DNA from: Tubulanus polymorphus
Lineage: Eukaryota; Animalia; Nemertea
Assembly (NCBI RefSeq): GCF_964204645.1
Contig: NC_134033.1
Span: 516,131 to 580,130 of the forward strand
Reading direction: 5' to 3'
DNA length: 64,000 nucleotides
Within the stretch, counting starts at the first letter, position 1; each line of letters starts with the position of its first letter. Below the pieces are notes generated by a model that ran no database searches, was not told the origin of the DNA, and saw nothing but the letters and a program-made list of their open reading frames with translations. Below, one piece after another: positions 37,750 through 50,216 of the stretch. A program made the translations under genes and the position numbers.

Positions 37750-38883
37750 TTACAGATATCTGAATTTAATCGACTTGTCCTTATAGATTACTTCATCGGT
37801 CGCTTGTTGCCGTTCATAATCGGCAATCAGATCCGCATTATACAAACGACATCGAAAAAATTTATCAGTCTGCCGTTTGATGACAAACAAATCACATTCA
37901 CGATTGATAACACATTTCAAACCGCATTGAAATTCGGACGCGGTTGTGGTGACTGGTTCCAGTGGAACGATATCAGACGATGGCAGATTCTTCGACGCGG
38001 TATCGATCACGAAATCTACAAAACATCCGATAACTTAAAGTTACAATATTGAAACGCTAGACCTTGCAAGAATAATCGTAGTTTTACCGGCACATAATAT
38101 GAAAACAGCCAACCTCCCACGGATATTCTGAGGTTTAGAGAATTTACGTACCTCTTACGTATTTCTCATTTATACGTTCGCAGTACCAATCCGCATAATC
38201 ATACGACGACGAATCCACGAAATTGCGAGGATCAGTGAGTCTACTCTCGGGCTCAAAATAACAATTTCCCGACGGTCGGTGATATTCAACAGATCTACAG
38301 AGAAACCCTGTAAAACTCGCGCATCGGTTCATACACTGATCTAAAGAAGAGACCGTTCCGGCATGATGGGAAATTCCATTCATTGTCTTGTCCGAGATTA
38401 TGTTCCATCGGAGCCTTTGCTGTGGGCCACACGTGTCTAGAAAAACAATATTGGGAAAGGTTTTTGTTTCGAATTCGGAGACAGTATATACATATGAACC
38501 CAGGTAATAATGCCAGAGGTAAAAATGCCAGAAGGAAATATGAGGAAAATTAAGTGAAGAATTTATTAACATTGGACCTGAAAAGGCATTTTTACCTCTG
38601 GCATTATTACCGCGTACCTATATAACGGCGTTCACACGAGGAATTCAGTACGGTACTTAGGTCACGCGGCGAAATTCGCAGTTTATTCAGTACCGTAATG
38701 AAATACCGGGCTTATTAAGCGCGGCGGAAAGTGATATGGTTAAGAATGAAGTTACTTACTAGGTTGCGCGTGTGAAGCACCATTAGCCACTTGTCCGTAG
38801 ATAATGGAACTCAAGAATGAGTATGATAAAATCACGTAAAGATCTGATCGCTTTCTGTGAAAATCCAGCTGCATTCTTCTCAT
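37750..38883 (-). CDS. Secreted protein with two PAN/apple-like domains
   Basis: Exons ~38883-38760 (hydrophobic leader), ~38436-38152 (SLDQCMNRCASFTGFLCRSVEY...GNCY...YDYADWYC) and ~38015-37750 (QCGLKCVINRECDLFV...CRLY), phases 1/1. Small upstream exon-like blocks at 39078-39131 and 39276-39352 may be 5' UTR. Confidence 0.7.
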
Positions 38884-41740
38884 AGAGTTCAATCCTTATT
38901 AGTTGAATTCGGTAAACAGTTTTTTTTTGAACGGTCAAAATATTCAGTATATACTGTCAATATACAGTTGCTAAATTGGAAAAGAAAAACAAAAAGCGTT
39001 ATTGGGGTCTTTTGGGGACTTTCCATCTAGCGTGGGGTCTCACAGACTCGGTCTGGGACACAGATTTTACTGCTTACCGTCGGGTTCCAAGCGGCTGGAG
39101 TGTTGTACTTCGAGCGTTCGGTGGCATATGCTGAAACGTGAGATATTGGTATACAATTAACAGTCAGTGGGTACTTATCGTTTTAACATAACTCATGCTA
39201 TAGTTAATCTTTGGGATGGTTCTATCATGTAATAACGCTTATGAACTGATGTGATGTTCTCGTGAAGTGACTTACCGAAAATACGGGTACCAGGTATTGA
39301 TATATGATTTGGCTGTTGGGTAGGCCGATACAGCCGACGTAGATTCGTTGAGCTGAAAATGCATAAAAATAAGATGTAATTGCATACACGTTGATAATAT
39401 TTTGATGTTAAATTTATTAAATTAATTGTGGAAAACTATGCTATTATCATGTTTAAAAAAAAAAAAACTCCTAAGAAAAATTCCTAAGTATTATAATGAG
39501 GGATATTTTGAATGATTTAATGATTTGTAAATTAGATAGTTGAATGAGAAACAAATCATTTGCTGTGGTTACTTGTGCTATGTTTTGAGTTGTAGGTTTA
39601 GTATCTGATATAGGTAATAAAGGGCTTTTGGCTTACCGTTCTCAACAGTTCCTCCAGTTCCACAGTTGTGTGGGTTTGATTCTCAAACTCAACGTCATTG
39701 CGCTCATAGCGGAATCTGTATTTGCATATAAACACTTGTTTTTGAAAAATATTCGGTGCAGTAGATTTTCGAACAAATTTGCCGTTCATATTTTTAGATT
39801 AACAACGTTTTGATCTTCTAAAAATCAGACACGTCGAACTTTATCGGAATTGTAATTCAAGCTATCGAAATATTACGATTGAATCGTCATTTGAAAGCTA
39901 CTGAAACCCCCAGTAAGGACTACAAGAAATCTAGGTCAGCATTTTAACTTCATTGACAACAAAAACGCAAATCCGGCGCGGTCTTTATGCCAAGAAATAC
40001 TTGATTTTTTGTTCGGCGGATACAAGCTTTAGGAAATCTGGTCTATAGGCTGTTTGTGCGCTGTTCGTGCGCGGGTGTGTTTTTGTCGTTGCTCGGTAAA
40101 ATCGGAAATAAAGAAATTCATTACAACAAAAAGAAATACATACGAATCGAATATTCAATATATATTAGTCGTCTGTGACGTCACTTTGAAACTAGGGCCG
40201 AAAAAGGGAATCAGATGAAACGGCAGTAAAGGTTGTTGACGTTTTGGTCGCGAATTCGTGTTGAAATCCTGATTTAAGGAATCATGGATTTATGGAATTG
40301 ACGATGGTTCCAAATATTGACTACATGAACTGAATGAAAATAAAGTGGATATTACATTTACGAATAGCGTGGAATAGAATTATTCAGACGGTAGGTAAGG
40401 TCGTTTTAATGGTCGAATTTCTATTTAGAAGATATCGAATGTTTGTCTTGGAATATACGACCACCAGCAGGGCCCAGCCCTTTCACAGACGGCTTTATCA
40501 GTAACAACAACAACTGCTGAAACGTCAAGTTGTTTATGGAGATTGATCAAATTGAGGGATAGACCCTCATGGGATCTGGGTGGCAATTCAACATATTTCC
40601 CCGGGTTCAACGTATGTATATAATATATGACGTGTGTTTGGCCTTCGATTCTTGTTTATAATTCTTATATTTACCGTAAAGATTAAAGCTATTTGCTTAA
40701 TTTATTCACTCAAATTGTACAAATCGAGAACAAGGTTAGATAGAATTTGCTATCGATGTCCAGTTCTTTGTTTTAATAGTTCTTTGTGATTTACTGTCGA
40801 GGTTTTACGATTGGAGGGGACACGTCCACAGAGAGTCCCCTTAAATCTGGCCCGTGAGTGTAAAAGGCCCATATCAGCCCTAAGATACTAGCAGCACTTC
40901 GTCTGTGTGCCCGGGAACTATCAGAACTTATCTACACTTACTGTTGAATGTATTTTAGAATATTTTTTTCATATTTTTCATACTTCGATTAAACTACTTT
41001 TTTTCGCCGTTCACGAAAGTGTCGACTTTAATTGGATATAAATAACGTGAATTTACGGTTTAATGCGGTACAGTTGATTCACGGTGACAGAATAATTCCC
41101 ACGAGCTGCGAGTTGAACGGCGGTTTAATATGTACGCGACGAATAGGGGCCGGTTTTAATAGAGAGTTATAGGAAGAAAAAATGAGATAAAAATGTGACA
41201 AAACGTTAGTTGTGGAAATTTAGCGAAGAGGTCGTTCTAGGCAATGAAGGGCCATCTGCATCGGCTTACACGATCAGTCTTACCTCATTTTGGTTTCTAT
41301 AGTCAATCTAACAAGTTAACTTTAGCCAATCTGACAACTTAAGACCAGTTTAAACTCATTTGGTTCCATATCCAAGGCCAACCTAACAACTTCATCAGAC
41401 CAATCTTATGACAACAGCTAAGTTCTATGGCCAAACTTAAGTAAGACCAGGCATTGAGTTCACCGATAATCTTAGTGTCTGATGTACCACAGTTGGTTAC
41501 ACTAGGATCGTAGAGTGACGGAGATCACTGGTGGAGACAACCACTGCCAGTGCTGGGTGAAGCATTCAGATAAGGCCAACTTTTGATTTAATCGATGATG
41601 TAACCGAGGAACTGCAAAATGTTTCAGTCTGGTTTTATCCAATCTTTTATGGATTTCGTCTCTTTCAGGACCGTTCTATGGATACCATAGTCGTATTATA
41701 AACCGGGTTCGAACCTCGACCACCCGCTGTCCATCACACG

Positions 41741-44700
41741 ATGCCGTACTATCAGCGATACCCGGACCGTCCGTTACAGGACTGTTACCGCGTCAAGAGT
41801 ACACTCGATAAATGTCGCGGAAAAATACTCCGCCATTTTGTTTTGTCACCGTCGGTATTTGACGTCATGCGACAAGAGCGCCTCCTACCCAAGGAAACGC
41901 TAGCTATTATCAGGGTATGCTATTATAGAAGTTTGTCCAGATGGGCAGATTCGTGCTTAAGCTTTCGTGGGCTTAAATCTTCAAAGATAAGTTTCAATTT
42001 GTTATTTTGGACGCTATATGGGGCGTACTAATCCCTGTCTGTTGGCCCGGTGCATAACGAGGCAGGGGCGGATCCAATTTGAAGGACTGGTCACATCCCA
42101 AAACGGCACTTTCCAAAAAGGCAATATGTGTACCCCTACACTGAGCCGCCTGCATTGAATAACTTTTCGTATCTCAAAACTAGGACACTTTTGATGTCCA
42201 CAAAGGCAATACATGTATTAGGGACACTACAGCACTGAAATTCACCGATTATCTTTGAAAATGAAATGGGCACTCAAAATTTGATGGGCGTCATCAAGTT
42301 CCACCAGTCTGGATCCGTCTGTGCTTTAGAGCCAATTTGTGTTCTATCTATGAATTAAAACCTTTCTTGTCTCTCTTTCTCAGAGCGAGAGAACAAGTGA
42401 TCGCAGGGTCAAGAGACTGTTGGACTTTCTGCGGTTCGAAGGTGTCGAAACTTTCATAAAGTTTATCCGCGTTTTACGATTAACCGGTCACGGTTGGCTG
42501 GCGGACGATATGGACGAAGAAATCGGTTACTTACCGGAAGAGACCGGTAGCGAACAAGATGGCGGCGGAGCTGTCAGCGCCACCGAGGAGGAAGTAAACG
42601 AAGCCTTGGAATTTGCTAGAACTAAAGTGAGTTGTTCGCATATTTAGACGATTTACATTTGCAAATGCGACCGTAGTTAATCTAATAATTCGTGGAAAAA
42701 AGATTAAGCTTTTAAATGTAGATTTAATCATAGCTTAAATCCTCCAAAATCAAAACGGCTTTTCCTTTGCCTTTCCTGCTCATAGCTAGAGTCTAGTAGA
42801 CCCATCTACGACCAACAAATGCTTATAAACTTATACCAAGAACCTTAATGTCTGATGTGTCTTAGTGTTGGTTGCACTAAGATCGTAGAGCGACGGAGAT
42901 CTCTGTGCAGCCAACCACACTTCCAGGACTGGCCGGTGAAATAAACATTAGTATAGTCCTTAACCTGGCATTTTACGTATTGTAATTGATTTCAATTTGT
43001 TTTAACTTACGATAGAACTCAACACAACGAAGGCTTTAAAAGAAAAAAAAATATACGATTTGAAACAGAAAAAAAAACTTAGAATGATTCGAAACAGAAG
43101 TTTTTTGATCGATTGAATTATTTAACTTTTATGTTTGAGGTTCTCGATGCAACGAAGGCCGCCATCAAAAAAGTGAAGTCGTTTGAACGCTTAGAAATTC
43201 TGCGTAGTCTCCCGGTAATCACTCTAATTAATTCTACTAATTAATACTATATTCACGGGAAGAAAACTCTAAAAAACAGTTCCAGCTTTGCTTGAATATC
43301 GGTAACGGTGATCCTGATATGTGGTCTAAGGGTCGGTTCCATAGTCGAGACTTAAGTCCAAAAGTGGTCTTAAATCTTAAGACTGATCTTAAGCTGTTAG
43401 GTTGGCTATAGAACTAAAATAGTCTTAGACTAGTCTTAAGTCTAAGCCATGACTATGCAACCGGCCCCTGGTGTAGAGAGCTCCTTGTTCTACTGAGGAC
43501 CTGCCTGTCAAAATACATCTCTAAGCTAAATGTACCTTGTTTCTCCGCAGCGGCAGCTTTCGTTACCGGCAATAGAATTAGTAATCAATTCACTGCCGGG
43601 TCTGTTATTGTTATTGTTAGCTTGATCATGATTTTAAGACAAGTAAGTGCACAGGGAAGATAGGACAGGCGGGCAGCCGGGTGGACTTTTTAGCTAGCAG
43701 AAATAAGTAACAAGGTATCATTTAGCTACCTGTGTATTTTTGACAGGAACGCTTTTAGGACTATCCGGTGTAAAATGCTTTAACGGTGGCGCAGATGATG
43801 AGAGAATCTCCGACGCTTCACTACTAATCTGTTGCCAATACGAAATATTTCCAGTCATGATTTTAATCCATTCTATTTGAAAACGAACTTATTTCAACTT
43901 ATGTGAATCAAACTGGGGCCGGTTGCGTAGTCATAGCTTAGACTTAAGACCAGTCTAAGACCAACTTAGTTCTATAGTTCAACTTAAGACCAGTCTTAGC
44001 TCATTTTGGTTCTACAGCCAATCTAACAACTTAAGACCAGTCTCAGCTCATTTTGGTTCTATAACCAATCTAACAACTTAAGATCGGTCTAAGTTCATTT
44101 GAGTTCTATAACCAATCTAACAACTTAAGACCAGTCTTAGCTCATTTTGGTTCTATAACCAATCTAACAACTTAAGATCGGTCTAAGTTCATTTGAGTTC
44201 TATAACCAATCTAACAACTTAAGACCAGTCTAAGCTCATTTTGGTTCTACAGCCAATCTAACAACTTAAGACCAGTCTAAGTTCATTTTGGTTCTATAAC
44301 CAATCTAACAACTTAAGACCAGTCTTAGCTCATTTTGGTTCTACAGCCAATCTAACAACTTAAGACCAGTCTAAACTCATTTTGGTTCTACAGCCAATCT
44401 AACAACTTAAGACCAGTCTAAGCTCATTTTGGTTCTATAACCAATCTAACAACTTAAGACCAGTCTAAGCTCATTTTGGTTCTATAACCAATCTAACAAC
44501 TTAAGACCAGTCTAAGCTCATTTTTGTTCTACAGCCAATCTAACAACTTAAGACCAGTCTAAGCTCATTTTGGTTCTATAACCAATCTAACAACTTAAGA
44601 CCAGTCTAAGCTCATTTTGGTTCTACAGCCAATCTAACAACTTAAGACCAGTCAATACTTAAGACCACTTTTTGACTTAAGCCACGACTGTGCAACTGGG

Positions 44701-45106
44701 TCCTGTACTCCTATCTGTGGAACTGTTTCAGTCAAGTGCTTTACGTTTTTCTAACGTCATCACTGGACTCTTTCCAATATATACACGTTATTTCAATCGT
44801 ATTTTACAGCAACTTCCGCCCCGCCGACCTGCACCGATCGATTACGAAGCCATCCGAACTGGTCGTAAAGATTCGGCCGACAAACACTTACAGAATCTGA
44901 TCATGCATTACGACAACGAGAGACAATATTTCACCAGACGATACAAGTACCTGCTGAAAGAACAGCACGCGCTTGCGCAAATGATGCAAATCAACAACAG
45001 ACGACAGGAGATCTGCAGACGAAAATTTGCGAACGTTTCCATTCTACAAAAACAAATGGATTATGTTGCGGCGAAAAACTGGCGCCTCAGATACGGCACG
45101 ATGTAA
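41741..45106 (+). CDS. CARD (death-fold) domain + coiled-coil protein, ~237-262 aa
   Basis: Exons 41741-41914, 42384-42626, probable 43140-43214 and 44810-45106, all phase 0. CARD-like LDKCRGKILRHFVLSPSVFDVMRQERLL...IRSERTSDRRVKRLLDFLRFEGVETFIKFIRVLRLTGHGWLADDM. Confidence 0.8.
43916..44703. mobile_element. TIR element carrying ~16 tandem 44-bp units
   Basis: Ends ggggccggttgcgtagtc / gactgtgcaactgggtcc. A one-unit inverted relative lies at ~43330-43468. Confidence 0.8.
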
Positions 45107-46240
45107 GACAAGTCACCCATAAACAAATAACAGATACAGCACCGTCCTAAAAATGAAAACGACGGTTGGACTGAGAGAGTTAAATATTCAAATAACTATT
45201 TTTTTTGGTTGTATAAACATTTATTTATATTTATATCCATATATTGTTATTTTATTCCGAAAAAATAAAAAGGAGGTTTTTATTTTTACTTCATGAAAAT
45301 AAGCGATTTTAAAAAGCATTCAAATACACTTCAATGCACCGTAACTAGAGCACAACTCAGACCTTGCTGGGATTGAATCCTAAAAAACTAGGCGTACAGT
45401 AAAGGTTTACATTTACAAGACCAGTATCTTGTTTCTACAGCGGACCTCGTTATAACGACCTCGGATATATAAGTTCCAGAGCTGACAACCTCTTCTAAGA
45501 ACTGCTATCAGTAACAAATTTAATTTTTTTTTCAGTAACAATTCATTGATATCTGAAAGAAAATGTTCAAACGAATCAGTAATCAACAGTAACCCTTCGC
45601 TAACATATTTCTTATTCATTTTATATGCATCTATCAAGTCAAATCAGTATTTCTTGTTATGAAATAATTACAAACTTACAATTTCGTCCCAGATAAGACA
45701 ATTAATTATTTTCATACTGGATGCAATGAACTACTGCTTTTGTTCCCGTGAAGTTCGTTGTAACGAGGTTCAACTTAAAACCAATCTCAAGACTTAGAAC
45801 CACGTTAGACTGTGCAGCAGGCAGGCAGCATATGTTCAGACAGTTCAGCACAGGTTAAGCTAGGACAGAGAGTGATATCAGAGTTGGACAGCCAACCGTA
45901 GACAGTTCATAAAGGCATCCTCGCTCGCCAGGGTTTGATTGCCTGTGGTCGCTGCTCACACAAACATAAACACTGGACGCAGACCCTTCATTGGCCTATT
46001 ACACTACCCAAGATATCTTGGGCGGACTGGTTGCCACTCAGCGCCCACCAGTCTATATATTAAGTCAATCAGGTTTGCTCTATCAATACAACGCATCTGA
46101 TTGACTGGATATATAGACTGGTGGCCGCTGAGTGGGAACCTGTCTAAGCGTTCAAACGACTTAACTTTTTCTATGGCGGCCTTTGTCGCATCGAGAACCT
46201 CAAACATAAAAGTTAGATAATTCAATCGACATGGAAGGGC

Positions 46241-46656
46241 AAACCCTGGCAAGTGAGGATGGTTTACACACAATAGACAGTTTTGAAGTGAGATTTTAAG
46301 GGAGTAATCTATTGTACTCGGCAAATAATTGAAATCTATGAATATGCTGTCCACTCGAGAAATCATGGGCAGTGTTGTAGACCACGGTAGGGTAAACCCT
46401 GGCAAGTGAGGATGGTTTACACACAATAGACAGTTTTGAAGTGAGATTTTAAGGGAGTAATCTATTGTACTCGGCAAATAATTGAAATCTATGAATATGC
46501 TGTCCACTCGAGAAATCATGGGCAGTGTTGTAGACCACGGTAGGATAAACCCTGGCAAGTGAGGATGGTTTACACACAATAGACAGTTTTGAAGTGAGAT
46601 TTTAAGGAAGTAATCTATTGTACTCGGCAAATAATTGAAATTTATGGATACTGTCC
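46241..46656. repeat. 153-bp tandem repeat (~2.7 copies) containing the SMG9 stop region
   Basis: aaaccctggcaagtgagg occurs at 46241, 46394 and 46547. Confidence 0.9.
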
Positions 46657-48020
46657 CAGGTTCGAGCCGCGTAATGAAACCAGTTCTTCTCCGAAAGCGT
46701 TGTATGAGTTAACAAACTACGCGGAACAGAGTATAACTGATTGCGTAATCTACCGATCAAAAAATCGAAACCGGGGTGCCCTCTATATTCGGGTAAAAAA
46801 GTCGAATAAACGCTCGAATCGGATTTCGACGCAGATTTCGAATCGTCGTATTTCGGCAACAGGAATAGATTCACTCGTTCGTCGTTAAGCTGTAATTTCG
46901 ATAGCAACGTCTGCCCGTCGCAGGTGGTCACATGACTGCCGCGATAACGCAGTTTCGATTTCTTGAAAACTTTCGAGATCGTACGTTCCATCGCCGTGTA
47001 CGAGGTATAGCTAAAATCCACGGACTCGGCCTTGTTCAATACGAACACTAAATGCGGGTAGTACTCGACGTGCTCGTCGGCGGCGCCACCCGCCGCGTCC
47101 GGCGTCGGCGGTTTCAACATTTCGGCCGTTTGTAGAAATTTCAACAGGAACAAATCGGCGAACCAATCGATGGTTACTATGACGACGTTGCAGACGGTGT
47201 ACATGAACGCGATCGTCTGCAACGAGCGGATCTCGTGGTAGTTCTCGGCAGACGTAAATTCCGGCGGGATTTTCTTCTCGCGGTCGATCAAATCGAACAG
47301 AACCGACGAACTGAGAACCGGTTGCGTGTCCAACAGGATCACGCGTTCGCTCGTGACGTACATGTCGATACCGCTCGTCTGATGACCGCTCGATCCGAGT
47401 ACCGCGCCGGTCGCCGGCTTGAATACCGGCGGCGTCGACCCGTTTCGCCAACCAGCCAACGACGCCATAACAGTCGACTTACCGACGCTCTGCGGACCGA
47501 TCACGCCGATTACTAGATACTCCGTTTGGTCGACTAACATTTCCATTCCCATATCGCTCCACTGCATCGACTCGTCGACCAGTTTAACCGATTGACTGAT
47601 TTCGGGTGGTGGAGCCATCCTCGATTGCGGCGTGCCGTCCGATAGCGGTATGAATGATTTCTGGATACGGTACGAGTCCGGCGCGGCCGCTGCAGCAGCG
47701 CCACCGTGTGGATCCTCACGCATTTTAACGATGATCGGTCGATCGACTGGTTTACCGGTCGACGCGCCGGGTTGACTCGTTTCCTCCGCTGAATCGTGAC
47801 GATCGGGTTTAGCTAGAATAATAGGAGTCCGCGTCGGAGTCAGCGGAGTCGTCGCGGGAACGGGAGTCGACTCACGGGAGTCAGCAGCAGCCGTAGAGTC
47901 TTTACGCGACGATCCTTTCACGGGAGTTTGTTCTCTTTTTGGATGGCGTCTGCGTCTCCTGCGGCCGCGGTCCCCACTCGCCCCTCCTCCACTCCGGTCT
48001 GCATCGGCATTGTCAGACAT
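46602..48020 (-). CDS. SMG9: Nonsense-mediated decay factor SMG9, single coding exon
   Basis: 472 aa. LVDQTEYLVIGVIGPQSVGKST P-loop, HQTSGID, ERVILLDTQP, and C-terminal LTHTTLSEKNWFHYAARTWD. An upstream acceptor lies at ~48047 and a CCGGAAGT (ETS-like) motif at 48289. Confidence 0.95.
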   Translation of the reverse strand: MSDNADADRSGGGASGDRGRRRRRRHPKREQTPVKGSSRKDSTAAADSRESTPVPATTPLTPTRTPIILAKPDRHDSAEETSQPGASTGKPVDRPIIVKMREDPHGGAAAAAAPDSYRIQKSFIPLSDGTPQSRMAPPPEISQSVKLVDESMQWSDMGMEMLVDQTEYLVIGVIGPQSVGKSTVMASLAGWRNGSTPPVFKPATGAVLGSSGHQTSGIDMYVTSERVILLDTQPVLSSSVLFDLIDREKKIPPEFTSAENYHEIRSLQTIAFMYTVCNVVIVTIDWFADLFLLKFLQTAEMLKPPTPDAAGGAADEHVEYYPHLVFVLNKAESVDFSYTSYTAMERTISKVFKKSKLRYRGSHVTTCDGQTLLSKLQLNDERVNLFLLPKYDDSKSASKSDSSVYSTFLPEYRGHPGFDFLIGRLRNQLYSVPRSLLTHTTLSEKNWFHYAARTWDSIHKFQLFAEYNRLLP

Positions 48021-49184
48021 TTCTCTACGTCTCTCTCTAAAATATCTGAAAAAATAAGCATCAAATATTCAATGAATGTACTGCTGCACTGGTCCTTCTT
48101 GTTGCTTGCACCGTTGCAGCTTGGCCTAGTCTTGAGTCTAGTCTTTCAAAATATACTGATTTTCTCTTTTCGCATTAGGTCATTAATCCCCACCTGTTTC
48201 AACTTAAGATAGTTAGGAAAAATCGTCTTGAATTCTTCGCCGGTTTATCTTCGTAATAAAAATTCCTTAATTTACATTTGTTTCGAACCCGGAAGTGATG
48301 GTGGCTACTCGTTCGTAGACGGTTGGCGACGTTAGGTTGTGTATAAAACCCGGCTGGACGATTTCATGAAAATCCAATTACGCTACGTAGGCTCAACCGA
48401 AAATGATTTGAAGGGGAGGAGGGGGCGGACGGGCAGCAGTTTAATTCACCAAGTCCAGGGGCCCAGTTCCACAAAAAAAACTCAAATTCATGGTGTTAAT
48501 TGCTATTGGTTACTTCGTATTTTCATATGAGGACAACAAGTCAAACTAAGGCCAGGAACCTGTGCGGTGGACTCATGCTTTCAATACAAACTGGGCGGCC
48601 CCGATTTATATCTTAGATATTGGCATTTAAAACGCCGAAGTCATTTCCACGCAGAAAACAGATTAAGTTACTTCGACGAGCTAATGGATTAGAAATAAAT
48701 TCGATCCCTCAGTTCACACCATCACTCCCTCCTCTCCCAACCCCCCCCCCCCTAATCAAATTAGAGTAAAACGACTCATGCGATCGATCAGATTTACCCG
48801 AATGAATATCCACTGACAAAAAGTTTACTAATGGAAATTTCATACCATTCAAACTTGCAAACCGCAAACGGTCGAGTCACTGTACTACGAACCACAGTGC
48901 CGACTCAATATATACTGCAACTAAGTCACAATCTCCATATGACGTCATCAAATAGGCTTATCATACATCTTTGATTGTCATCATTTTATAGACTCCGGTG
49001 GCGACTGCTGCAGTCGCGTAGAGAGTATTCACTGTTAACAGGGTCCGATCTAAGCACGGGACAATTAGGTTATCATTATCACTTGTCACGGCGTCGGGCT
49101 AGTGCAATTTTACGTCACAAAGCTTCTTTTCCCACTCGATACAACGCCTGTTACTGGAGCGACTGCGTGTTGCTCTCGCGAACG

Positions 49185-50141
49185 ATGAACGTCTCAACGA
49201 TGAACACGGCGGGTCATAGAATACGCGTTAACGCTGATAACGTGATTACGTACGGCGTTTTACCGGTGACGTTCCTGTTCGGTTCGGTCGGCAACGTCAT
49301 CTCGTTACGGATTTTGACCGCTCGAAAATTCAACTTCTTAAAAACGTCGGTCGGCGTTTATCTAACGGCGCTTGCGTTCGCTGACGTTAACGTCACTTGC
49401 GTTTACGTTCCGGTGTTATTCGTACGGATTTATTTCGATCAGCTCGTTCTGTCGCACGGCTTCTGTAAGGCGTACGAGATACTGGGCAGTGGCGCCATCT
49501 CTACGTCGAATATGCTACTAACGTTGATGACGTTTGACCGGTACTTGGTGGTGCGATTTCCGTTAAAAGCGAAGTCAATTTGTCGCCCTCGTAAAGCGTC
49601 CAAAATCATCTCGGTTTTACTAGTAGTTCAAGCTTTGCGCCTCGTACCCCAAGGCGTCCTGTCCGGGGTCGGCGATAACGCACGCGGATTGGACTGTTTC
49701 TCCAGATACGACCCAACCATACCCGCCATCTACGAACAGATATTCACCGTTCTGTCGAACGCCATTTTCTCTTTGATTTTACCAGTGTTTTTCACGATTG
49801 GCGCCAATTTAGCGATGATTTACTCCTTACAATCGCAGCGTTCAGAGATCAAACACAAATTATCGACTCAATCTAAAGATTCGTCTTTAAACTTTTTAGT
49901 TTTAGTAATTTCAGTAGTTCTTGTGTTGACCCATTTACCCAGGCTCATCTACTATTTCCATATTTGGGCATATGACGTATTTCGGTATATGGGAGGAGCT
50001 ACGCTTTATTTTTTCGAGCACGTTTTGTATTATTGTTCCGAGTCGTTGATTCTCACGAATTCGGCCGTCAATTTCTACGTTTATTGCTTGAGCTCGCGAC
50101 GATTCAGAGTCGGCGCTAAATCGTTGTTCTGTCGACGATAG
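49185..50141 (+). CDS. Class A (rhodopsin-like) GPCR, FMRFamide/peptide receptor-like, intronless, ~318 aa
   Basis: TM1 GSVGN, TM2 LAFAD, TM3 FDRY, TM5 LP, TM6 THLP, TM7 NSAVNFYVY and helix 8 SRRFR. Likely start is MNVS, which contains an N-glycosylation sequon. Confidence 0.9.
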   Translation: MNVSTMNTAGHRIRVNADNVITYGVLPVTFLFGSVGNVISLRILTARKFNFLKTSVGVYLTALAFADVNVTCVYVPVLFVRIYFDQLVLSHGFCKAYEILGSGAISTSNMLLTLMTFDRYLVVRFPLKAKSICRPRKASKIISVLLVVQALRLVPQGVLSGVGDNARGLDCFSRYDPTIPAIYEQIFTVLSNAIFSLILPVFFTIGANLAMIYSLQSQRSEIKHKLSTQSKDSSLNFLVLVISVVLVLTHLPRLIYYFHIWAYDVFRYMGGATLYFFEHVLYYCSESLILTNSAVNFYVYCLSSRRFRVGAKSLFCRR

Positions 50142-50216
50142 AATTCGGAAAAAAGGGAAATTACCGACAGTGAAAGGAAACCAGGATTCGATCTCCCGCA
50201 ACCTCGTGACTGCCAG

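Noticed and set aside
46004-46630. 208-aa ORF as an independent gene
   Set aside because: Explained by the 153-bp triplication plus the captured exon fragment, and it has a non-ATG start.
48975-49184. 70-aa N-terminal extension of the GPCR
   Set aside because: It starts at TTG. The first in-frame ATG (49185) gives a typical short glycosylated N-terminus.
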